From Epiperipatus broadwayi (taxonomy: Eukaryota; Animalia; Onychophora), in the NCBI GenBank assembly GCA_028023455.1, contig JAQFVV010000011.1, positions 4,402,001 to 4,466,000 of the forward strand: 64,000 nt of DNA. Reading direction: 5' to 3'. A program made the translations under genes and the position numbers. The notes under the pieces were generated by a model. That model saw nothing but the letters and a program-made list of their open reading frames with translations, was not told the origin of the DNA and did not search any database. Shown piece after piece: positions 53,501 to 64,000 of the stretch. Position 1 is the stretch's first letter; every line of letters starts with the position of its first letter.

Positions 53501-55298
53501 AAATGGGAGATAAATTTTAAAACAGTTTTAATAACTTTCCCTGAGCAAAAATGGATATAAATAACACGTAAAAGTCTACGCTTTTCAGAGTTTTTTATTA
53601 AAATAAAAGAAAATTGACTTTTCATCACAAACATGCAAATATTATTAAAAATAAATTTCTTACAACTCCTTAATGTGACTTGTGTCTGAATGACATCATC
53701 TACAGCATGGTCTCCTGACTATTTGCACTTCTATGGAATAACTCATTGTCTCAACTAATTATCATAGTTTCAGTTGGTTTTGTATGCAGCACTGATAAGG
53801 AAATTAGGTAGATCTCACTCCATGATAAAACGATTTAAAATAACTTCTTAAATATTATTAATATTTTTATAATATACTGTTAATACTTTACTAACCAAAA
53901 AAAAAATATTTAAAAAAAATTATAACTTTAACTTTTGAATTGATGAATACTGACCATGTAACTAACTTTTTTTCATTGTCACCTTAATTTATAGCTTTAA
54001 TTAATCATAATCTGATTGACTATTTCAATTTCAGACAAGAAAAATTTACATACAAATTAATTTCTGTCTGGGTTTTTTTAAATAATTTAATAATTTTTTA
54101 TGTTAAATAATTTATCTTAACTTCACTTAAATATTATATTTAAGTACACTTTTTAATAATAAAACTATTTTTTATTAACTTTTAGAAACATGAAACTATT
54201 GTTTAAGCAATTGTAACATTAATTTTGATATACACCTGTGTCTCGTTTTATGCGATAGATAGGTTCCTCAGAAAACGCACATAAAAGAAATTGCACAAAA
54301 ATAGACTTAACTTACCTTGAAAAATGGGGGATACGTACTGTAATTTTCCAAAAATCGCATAAAAGCAAAGAAACAACGTAAAATTACTTTAAAATTCACA
54401 TAAAAAAAAGAAAATATGACTAATAAAAAATTTCAAATTTGAAAAAAATTGATACAAGACAAACTTTTTTTATTAACTACAGTATTTAATTTTATTCAAA
54501 TGAATATATTTTTATGCATAATTTACATTTTTTTCATACATGGAAGGTATTTTAATTATTATCGCTATTTGAGACATTAGATTCGTCATGATGTGATGTG
54601 AGGTACTGTAGCTTCTAAACGAAGTCAAGAGGAAATATAACTAAAACATTTTCCAATCGCTATTGATCCTTCCCAATTTGCTAAGCGATCTAAAATTGAA
54701 ATTTTTGTTTCCAAAGAAATTCATTTTCTTGGGTGTTTTTTTTCCTCTCCGTTAGAGTAAACTAAAAGTTTAAAATAAAAATAAGAACTTAGACTTACAA
54801 TAATAAAAAGACACTGACTCACCACTGTTGGACAAAATTTAATTAAAACTAACAATTAAAAATTAAATTCTTATTTTTGTGTTCAATTTTTTAATTTTCA
54901 ATTTTGTTTAAAAATCAAATTTCATTGTTTCACATCACCTCGTTACGTAATTTTTAAATTGTTAATTACAATTAGAAATCAAATTTTAATTGCCAAATTT
55001 AATTGTGCCCATCGCTGTTACTCACCTTTTACAAATAAGACATTAAATGATTAATTGATTATGTACTCGTTTTATAAAAAGAAAAAATTGAACGTGATTT
55101 AAAATGCAAAAACAAGGAACATTCATCGTATAGGCATCTATAATGTTTGAACAGATTTACATTATAATCTTGTAAAATTTATTACTTGCGGACACTAAAT
55201 AATTAATTAATTACGTACTCTTTTTATAAAAAGCAAAAATAGAACGTGATTTAAAATGCTTAAACAACAACAAACATAGTATTTTTGATCTATAATGT

Positions 55299-55990
55299 TT
55301 GAACAGATTTACAGTATATAGCAAAATTAGATGTTTTTTAAATAACATTGGAAAACACAGAGATGAAAACAACAGGCCTTGGATATTGTTGCCCTACGTG
55401 CACTCTTTACATAAAACATTTTATAAGACTTTTTCTAAGGAATTTCATTTGAGTTTTCATACACCTAACTCAACTAATAGGCTTATTAACAACACTAAGG
55501 ACACTATAGCTTCTGATCAGATCCCACAGGCTGTGTACAGAGTGGCATGCCCTCATAATGGATATAAGGCATCATACTATGGTGAAACGAGAGCCACCAT
55601 AGCTACTAGGATATCACAACACAAGTATAGATACAATAAGGCACATACGAATCCAGAATGCACTTCAATTTTTGCTCAGCATCAAAAATTGTTGGGACAT
55701 GTGTTTGAATCCACATCTGCAAAATTAGTTTGTACTGAAAGGCATGAGGTTAGGCGAAAAATAAAAGAAGCATATTTTATACCAGAGGACTCTTTCGCCA
55801 TTAATCGTAAGGATGCATGTTTTGCGATATCTAAAAGACGGTCTTAGTGACTCATTTGCATAAAATTTGCATTTCAGATTTATTTATATAATGATTCCAA
55901 AGAAAGGATCATAACTGGCTATGAATATGAGAACATCTTCTTGAAAGCGCTCAGCCATTTAATTTAGTATTCAATTTGTTGTTATAGCTT
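55299..55990 (+). mobile_element. 5'-truncated Penelope-like element (GIY-YIG ORF plus pLTR)
   Basis: ORF 55299-55847 with AVYRVACP...YYGETRATIATRISQHK...RRKIKEAYFI; hammerhead about 70 nt downstream. Confidence 0.9.
55916..55957 (+). ncRNA. Minimal type I hammerhead-like motif with A3-U8 core variant (PLE pLTR)
   Basis: TGGCT-ATGAATA-T-GAGAA catc TTCTT-GAAA-GCGC-TC-AGCCA. Confidence 0.75.
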
Positions 55991-56425
55991 TACGTTGGAA
56001 GTGTGAAAGCACGATTTAATATTATTATAGTCTTGTAAAATTTAATGTTTGTATAAAATGGGGAAATTCTGATTTTAAGTGAATTATGAACTTCTTTATT
56101 ACATAAAATCTATTACACTACTTTTATAAAGCGATGAAAATATTGAAATTATTAGATGGAAGTCTAACTCCGATAATGCGCTATTACGCTCAGCCATTTA
56201 ATTTAGTATTCAATTTGTTGTTATAGCTTTACGTTGGAAGTGTGAAAGCACGATTTAATATTATTATAGTCTTGTAAAATTTAATGTTTGTATAAAATGG
56301 GGAAATTCTGATTTTAAGTGAATTATGAACTTCTTTATTACATAAAATCTATTACACTACTATTATAAAGCGATGAAAATATTGAAATTATTAGATGGAA
56401 GTCTAACTCCGATAATGCGCTATTA
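55948..56425. repeat. 239 bp near-perfect tandem duplication
   Basis: 55948-56186 and 56187-56425; only one difference noticed. Confidence 0.95.
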
Positions 56426-56510
56426 CTTTAAATATAACGTGAGTGCGTGAAATTTATAATATTTAAAGTAATAGCGCATTAGCGGAGCTCGACTTCTGAT
56501 CTAATAATTT
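56385..56510. repeat. About 125 bp hairpin
   Basis: AAATTATTAGAT..GAAGTC..CTCCG.TAATGCGCTATTACTTTAAATAT and its reverse complement. Confidence 0.85.
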
Positions 56511-57186
56511 TTATCACATAAAACAAACCACATACAAAGATATTAAGAAGAATCATGAATCGTATAACTTCAAAATCGCATTAAATAAATTGCATAAAAC
56601 GAGACCCGGGTGTACTTTTAAAAACTATAAAAATAATTACAACATAAATGAAACTTGAATAGTAAATCTATATTAGCTACAAGGAACTAAAATTAATCAA
56701 TTTCTCATGAACATGTATGCACACAGATGAACCCACAGATTGTAGGCTTATGACATCACTATTACATAATTTAAAATAATTAACTAAGAATAAAGAATTA
56801 CTTAAAATACATTATAAATACATAATATTCACTTTTATAACTAAAATTGTTACTTTAGTATTATGCTACCGAACTATTACTAGCTAATATTAAACTAAAT
56901 AATATATTATTAATTTTACTAATAAGTTTAAATGTTATAGCTTTAAAATAATTTAGATAAGCTTTTCAGTCAATTATATTTTAATTTGATTTAAATACAA
57001 AAACAACATAATATAATAACTGTTGGATAAAAATTTTAAATTTTTTATAAAATTAACTATACTACATATCTATAATGCACTGTTGCAAAGTAACGAGGTC
57101 ACAATATATATATTTTAATATTCTGATGGATAAATGATGAATTCATAGTATTATTTCCGGTAGCTTCCCTGTAATAAAAATATAAT

Positions 57187-57228
57187 AGCTAACATTTCAG
57201 TACAATAACAAGTACTTTCCTCAGAGCT
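57187..57228 (-). ncRNA. Minimal type I hammerhead motif (canonical core) of a Penelope pLTR
   Basis: AGCT-CTGAGGA-A-AGTAC ttgttatt GTACT-GAAA-TG-TT-AGCT, downstream of the GIY-YIG remnant. Confidence 0.75.
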
Positions 57229-57339
57229 TCTTTCGCAAATCATAAGAATATATGTGTTGAGATTTAGTCGTTATTTTTTTTCCTTTCTTATTTTCTCCTC
57301 ATTCTCACATTCTATTCCTTGAGAAGTTTTAAAAAATAT

Positions 57340-57830
57340 TTTATTCTCCAATAGTTTTTTCCATATGTTAATTTTCTTTAATTCACATTTTTCATTTACG
57401 CTCTTATGCCTTTTAAAAATCTATAGTTTTCCTTATTAGTTTCTGGTCATATTGCTCCTTTTTTTGCCAAAATGTGAGTTTTATTAAAATTGATATCATG
57501 GTAATTAATTTAATGTGTGAATAAATGGTTGATGAATTAGATTTTTCTCTAACTGCCAAAATGTGTTCTTCCTTTCTTTTGTTTATTTTATGATTAGTCT
57601 ATCCAATATATAAATGTAAATAAATTCCATATGAAATTTCATATACACCATGACACTCCAAAGGAATTTTATCTTTAGGACATAGAAATATTTCCTTAAT
57701 TTTTTTAAATGTAATGTAAATTGTGTGAATATTATTTTTCTTTAAGACTGTTACAAGTGCCTTTATATCTCTCCAATACCAATTACACACTTTGTGACCT
57801 AATTTGGATTCCAGATCCATGATATTAACG
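57340..57830 (-). mobile_element. Penelope-like element, decayed GIY-YIG endonuclease
   Basis: KDKIPLECHGVYEISYGIYLHLYIG*T matches the PLE motif KD.....GVY.I.C......YIG.T. Confidence 0.8.
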
Positions 57831-58779
57831 TTATTTATTAATTACTAGAGTTATAAAAATTAAAACATTATAATTGAAAAACCATTAATTACAACACACA
57901 TTTAAATCCCAACTTAATCACACTATAAATACATACTGCAATTATATTATAAAACACTCACCAGTTAACCTTTAATATTTATTATCTTGTTAAGTTGTGA
58001 TATAACTCCCATTACACTACAGTAATATGTGATAAATATGATCTGGTAATGTGAATGCAAATAAGAAAAGAAAATTTCTATATTGAAATAAAGAAATATC
58101 AAAAAAAAAATGGTTCTAGTAAACTATTAACTGTGCAGCCTTTGGTGGCGCTGTTTCTAGTTAAAAACAGAGCGTTATAACATTACCGGGCCGCTAGATT
58201 TTTTTTATCTTATAGATCGTATTTTGACATATGGCTGTAATTTTTCTTTTTAATATTTAATATATTGTTTGTTTTGGACATAATTATTATTTTTTTTTAA
58301 TATATTATTGCTGTTTGTTTTGGACATAATTATTTTTTTGGTTTTCATTTGATAAATTTAAAAGTATAAAGGAGACTTTGACCTTTTTTTTTGGATCTCA
58401 AAAGTACATAATTTTTGATATACGCCTTTATTGGGGGGGGGGGGGTTCCATTCTAAATCTACTGTTTCTTTTTTACAGACATCTTTTATTTTTTTTGTTT
58501 TGGATTCGATACATTTCAAAGTAATAAGGGACAGTTTTAACTTTTTTTTGGAATATCTCAAATATACACAATTTGCTTTACATATGACTTTCTTTTTGTT
58601 TGTTGTTGTTATTTAAAATTAGAATCAACACTTTCTTTTTGAATTATGTTAAAAATGAGGGCGTTTGCTGTTGATTGATTTAGCAAAAAAAATTCAAACC
58701 TGTCCGACAAACTCCGCCTCAGATGTCCGTATTTGCTTATAAACGAAAAGAATTGTTTAGTATTTTATCTTACATTTAT

Positions 58780-59140
58780 AAATACGGGATTTTTTTGGGG
58801 GTCGTCATGTTTTGATTTTTTTTTTTTTTAAGAATAACAAATAAAACGGGGTTTTGATTTTTTTGTTTTTTTTAATAATAATAAATAAAACGGGACTTCT
58901 TTTTTCTTTTAGATTTATAAATACGGGGTTTTTTTTTTTGTGTCAGCGGATTTTGCTTTTTTTAATAATAACAAATAAAACGTCCAAAACAAAAACCAAA
59001 AAGTCAATCGCGGTATTTTTTTTTTAACACAAAAAATATGTATGTTAACCGGTTTTGTTACATTCTGTAGGATTTATCTTTTTTAAGAGTCGTACAAGTT
59101 TGTTAAAGATTTTTTGTTTTCATAACAAATAAAACGTCCG
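58780..59140. repeat. Irregular short tandem repeats (subterminal-repeat-like)
   Basis: AATAACAAATAAAACG and TTATAAATACGGG units repeated. Confidence 0.7.
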
Positions 59141-59409
59141 TTTATTGATTTAAAACAACAACAACAAAAAACCTCTTTTTGCTTCTAAACGGAACAAATA
59201 GGTATTTCAAAAGAAGTATTGTTTTTTAACAAAAAAAAAAATCAATCAATCAAGAGATGTCCAACAAACTATGCCGCCCCTTTTTAACACTGTCATTCTG
59301 GGTGTTAATTACATGATTTACAGATAAAAATAATCGCAAACAAAACCCAAATTCTTTCCAGAAAATAAATTTATTAACCACATATGACTGAACTAAATCA
59401 ACTGTAATG

Positions 59410-59498
59410 AATGGCAGGATGTTTTGGGCTTGCAAAAATGCAACCGCCTCACTTTCTCTGTTTGGGACGTCCCACAAATATAATAACGTGGTAGACAT
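59410..59498 (-). mobile_element. Possible Merlin/ISXO2-like transposase N-terminal remnant
   Basis: MSTTLLYLWDVPNRESEAVAFLQAQNILP resembles the ..E..AI.FLQ..G.L N-terminus of IS1595/Merlin-type transposases; short and unconfirmed. Confidence 0.35.
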
Positions 59499-59684
59499 TA
59501 ATTCTAATTTCCAAAGTGACTATAATTTTAAGTTATAGATCAAAGTATCTAAATCTGAGGATATATTATAATACAAGAAATATATTAATTCACTCAAAAT
59601 AATTCATTAAAGAAATATATTGAACCAGGTGGGAGAAGGTAGCTCTGATTATATAAATTTAAAAAAATATTAAATCTCTATCTA

Positions 59685-59970
59685 CTCCAGCTGTACTTGT
59701 ATTATCGCAGCATACCGGCCCTCCAAGCGGAGAAGTCAAATGCAGAAGGTTGACAAGACTTATGGCACCTATAACAAGACCGAGAATATACAAAGTATAA
59801 TTTGCGGCCACATTTCCAGGCTAGAGAACTTCTCGGCTGCTAAATTCAAAACCCTGCCATCCAAACCATTTTTATTTATTTCAAGGTAAAACCTCAGGCG
59901 CCAACTAATCACAAATGCTTAGACCACAGGTAAACAATTTAGCGCTTGGTTAATTCATAGCTAGCTCTTT
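59685..59970 (-). repeat. Family X copy B
   Basis: Colinear with 25995-26290 (ATGGCACCTATAAC, GACCGAG..TATACAAAGTATA, CTCGGCTGCTA.ATTCAAA, ACCTCAGG.GCCA). Confidence 0.8.
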
Positions 59971-60977
59971 TATTTTTGTATAGGAAGATAAACTATACGT
60001 ATTATCTAAGGCTTACGTTTATTATAGACTATCTATTAGCAGCATAATTATAAAAGAGAACTGACCAAACAATAACTAGCAATTAAACAATTTATTTTAA
60101 AACACTTCTAATTAAAAAAACATGATACTAAAGAATGGAAATGGTTGCACTAACACACAATCCCATTAACACTATTAGTATATGAGATGATCGATGGCAT
60201 GAGAGGCTCATGATGACAGGCCCTAAACTAGCTTAAATGATGGAAGAAAGAAAAAGCGAGGGACAGAAAAGACTTAGTCTTGGAAACAATCCCTAGCTTT
60301 GGACAGCAAGAGATACCCTTGATAGGGCACTTTATTTATTCACAGTTGACCTTTATATCTGAGGGTCTATGCGCTATCTGTGAAGTTCGTTAGTAGTCTG
60401 AGCTCAGCACCTGACATGGTATAGAATTTTGTGTGTAATCTACCTAACTAAAATTAGAAGTGTTAAAACTTTTGATTATTTAAATGGGCAATAAAATCTG
60501 AGTTGACAATCTCATTATTTTTGTAGTATATGTCACTAGTTATGAAAATTTCACAGCATTTTAATTTCATCGATAGTAATTATGCATAATAATAAATCAG
60601 TGATAACTATTTTCAGTTTGTTTTATTTTCAATGAAAGACTGTCACTATCCGTTTATGAATTGTTTCTGCAGCATGATTACATTTTAAAAACTGTGTTGT
60701 TGTTTTTTAATTAAGGGCTACATAATTAAATATTTTACTATAATTATAATACTAGCATCTGTTTTAAAGTGGTTTCAAGCATTTATTTAATATAGTTTCT
60801 ATGCTAGTATATCTGTTAGAGAATTAAGGCTATTAAAAGATTTTTTGATGAATTTTTTTAAAGCAAGATTTTTCATTAAAAGATAATTTTTCTGTCAGAA
60901 AAACTCAAGAAATTGTTAACATAATAAACTAAATAAAAAAAATGTATAATGAGTTTATATAAAACATTGTTCTAAGC

Positions 60978-63900
60978 CACATATGGGCAACCTCCGGCCC
61001 TTTATGACTTTTAATCCGGCTCGCCACTAATCTATTTCAGTCATGGTTGATTCCAGTTGTCAAATTTTTGAATAGAGCCTAGTGAGAGTTACGTTTGATT
61101 TTTATTTTTTGTGCAATTAAATAATTATATTATTTAATAAATTTATATTTTATAATATCTTTATTTAAGTCTTCTAATGATTAAAATTTAAAAAACTAAA
61201 ATTATTAATATTTTAGAATAGTGAAAATAAATGTGAAAACGAAAGTCTTAGCGATAACAAAAAATCAGTCTTAATTAGCTGCACGGAATATATTGAAAAA
61301 GTTAGAACGAAATATTAGAATTTTATAATATTAAAAAAATAATATAATTAATTATCATCAAGAAACAAAAAAAAATTATAAAAGTTAATAAATTATTTAC
61401 TGTTATTAAAAAATTATTCCCTACTGTTTTTGCAAAAGCAATTTTTGTAAAGCCAGCCACTGGCGATTTCTGCTTTCTCATAACAAATTTCCTACGAGCA
61501 ATCATTTTTAAAAAGAAAATATTTTTAAAAACAATTTCCTACTAGTGATGTCATTTTAGGTTGAATAATAAATGTTTTACAAAAATATTATGTCATTATC
61601 ATTAACTACTACTGAAAATCACATTTGTTTTGTCTTATTTAGCTTCTCTCAGAATTAATACTTTGAATAGTTAAGCTGACGTCATATGACACTGTAAAAC
61701 ACCTCGGTTTCTCCCATCAAGATCTCTTTCTCATTTTGACTAGCAGTGTGTGAACGTGTTCCAACATGTCATTTTATTATTTGTGTTGGGGTTGTACCTT
61801 TTTGTGTGTTCTATCTGCAGTGTAAAAAGCAGTTTTCTTTTTAATATTTGCATTGGTGTTATGCCTTAAGTATCTGCAATTATATTGTTTTCTGTTCAGT
61901 ATCTGCAGTGCTAAAAACAATTTTGTTTGAGAATTCTGAATATATATATAGCTTTGAAATTTGGAATAATGACAGGGATTATCTCAAAAAAAAAAAAAAG
62001 AAAAGTAGATACAGAGAATCGTCAATTTCAAGACAGTTGGAAAGAAAAGTATTATTTTATTCTGAATAAAGATTTGCCTATATGTTTGCTGTCCAATGAA
62101 TCTGTATCAGTCAACAAAGAATACAACTTGAAGAGACACTTTACTTCAAAACATGCAAATCATCAAAAAATTGATGGACAACTACGAAAAGATGAAATAG
62201 AGAAATTGAAGAACTTGGATACCCAGCAGCAAATGTTCACCAAGCAAAGAATGCAGCATGGAAGCATTGTGAAAGCCAGCTTTGTGTTAAGTGAAAAAAT
62301 TGCTAGGTATTCTAAATCATTTGGTGAAGGAGAATTTATCGAAGAATGTCTGTTGGATGTTGCAAGTATAATATGTCCTGAAAAGAAAAAAGATTTTGAA
62401 AATATTAGTTTGTCAAGAAGAACTGTTGTCTGGCTGATAGAAATTATAGCTGATGATATCCAAAAAAGTTTAAAGGAGAAGATTGCTAGATTGAAAGCAT
62501 TTTCAATTGCTTTGGATGACGGCCCTGATGCCTCTGATACAGCACAACTAGCAATATTTATTTGGGGAGTTGATGTGGATTTTAATATCACAGAAGAATT
62601 GTTCGCACTTCAGCCACTAAAAGGAACAACTACTGGTGAAAATATATTTGAAGAAGTCAAAACAGACTTCAAGATATTTGGACTTAAATGGAGCTCACTA
62701 TCTAGAATATGCAGTGATGGAGCTCCTGCAATGATTGGTGCATGGAAGGGGTTTATTGGAATAGTTCATGAAAAAGCAATAAAACTAGAGATCCATCTGG
62801 AAAATTTAAAAAATTTTCATTGCATTATCCACCAACAAAATCTATGTGCAAAATCAATTAAATTTACAAATGTTATGGAAGTTGTAGTATTCAATATTAA
62901 CTGTATTGTCACATGCATTTAATCTCTGCCAATTTAAGATATATTTGGCAGGTTTATTTTCAGATTATGAAAATGTGTCTTATTATTGTGAAATGAGGTG
63001 GCTGAGTAAAGGTAAAATGTTAAAATGGTTTTATGATCTGAGACAAGACATAGCAGATTTTATGGACTTAAAAGGAAAAACAATTAACCAAGTAAGAGAT
63101 GATGAGTGGGCTTGTGATTTGGCATTTCTTGTAAATGTCACTGGATATCTAATGAACTTAATCTTAAATTGCAAAAACCAGGACAATTGATTCATGTACT
63201 ATGTGGACATGTCAATGCTTTTTCTAATAAACTAAAATTGTTTGTTAAAGTCAGATAAGAGCTAAAAATTGTTACCATTTTCCTACTCTAGCAACTCATA
63301 AAAATATCCCTTATAATTGTTATGGAGATGAAGTGAAGGCATTAATAGAGTAATTTGATACAAGGTTTCCTGACTTCCAAAATAAAGGCTCCATATTCAC
63401 TATATTTTCTTGTCAGAAGGATGCTGATATAAATAACGTGCCAGAAAATTTGCAGATGGATCTTATTGAGATTCAAGCAGATTTAGTGCTAAAATCACAG
63501 TTTAACATCATTCCTTTGACAGATTTTTATAAACATTTGATGGAAGAAAAATATAGAAATTTAAATGCTTTTTCAAGAAGAATTATTTGTCTTTTTGGCA
63601 GCACATATATGTGTGAACAGTTTTTTTTCTAGAATGAAATTGAATAAATCAAAAATTCGGACAAGAATAATGGACGAAAACCTTGAAAATTTTATGTGAT
63701 TATCCTTAAGCATTATTCCCATCAATACTGATAGTCTCATTGTTGAAGTACAAGACCAATCCTCGCATTAAATTGTTATGTCATTATTATGAAATTTATG
63801 TAATCCTTTACCATTCACTATTACTTTGTAATCTTTAATTATTTGGTCTGGCCCTTGACTCGAAGACAGACATTTAACCTAAATAAAAGGTATTTAACCA

Positions 63901-64000
63901 TAATGAGAATTAGATATTAGTGGGGGGGGGGGCATCATTATTAACTAATTTTGTACTATTTAATAGAAAAAAATGTTCATGGTAGAGAAAAGTTTGGGTA
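60978..64000 (+). mobile_element. hAT DNA transposon (Charlie/GTF2IRD2-like), near full length
   Basis: Left end CACATATGGGCAACCTCCGGCCC after TTCTAAGC; right-end-like AAAAGTTTGGGTA at the window edge. Confidence 0.8.
61969..63771 (+). pseudogene. Frameshifted hAT transposase
   Basis: KRKVDTENRQFQDSW, BED-like zinc finger remnant (CLL..KRHFTSKH), LDDGPDASDTAQL, SDGAPAM, HCIIHQQNLC, RWLS, LFGSTYMCEQFF; several frameshifts and stops. Confidence 0.95.

Larger units (their letters stand above)
54233..56612 (-). mobile_element. Tigger/pogo-type DNA transposon (non-autonomous) with nested insertions
   Basis: TIRs CACCTGTGTCTCGTTTTATGCGA / TTGCATAAAACGAGACCCGGGTG with TA on both sides; minus-strand HTH remnant ISLETKISILDRL at about 54650-54750. 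Confidence 0.8.

Overview
AT-rich eukaryotic (probably arthropod/invertebrate; inference) genomic DNA with two head-to-head protein-coding genes whose start codons are 273 bp apart. LCMT1 (minus strand) has coding exons at 15860-16057 and 1765-1948; the rest lies left of the window. POLD3 (plus strand) has exons at 16331-16396, 25453-25508, 33784-33877 and 41868-41975; no further exon was recognised. The long introns are full of mostly decayed mobile DNA: RTE and other LINEs, three Penelope-like (GIY-YIG) remnants, two Ty3/Gypsy remnants, a Tigger/pogo element, a near-complete hAT (Charlie/GTF2IRD2-like) element, mariner and possible Merlin scraps, tRNA-derived SINEs, many foldback palindromes and a five-copy unclassified repeat. 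The most interesting signals are: (i) a ~260 bp palindromic element with a type I hammerhead ribozyme at its apex, plus a deleted sister copy; (ii) two minimal hammerheads with a non-canonical A3-U8 core (AUGAAUA instead of CUGANGA), one sitting just behind a Penelope endonuclease ORF; (iii) a second promoter with spliced antisense exons inside POLD3 intron 1; (iv) a tandemly duplicated POLD3 splice acceptor whose upstream copy would introduce a stop codon. All calls were made by eye; no searches or folding programs were run.
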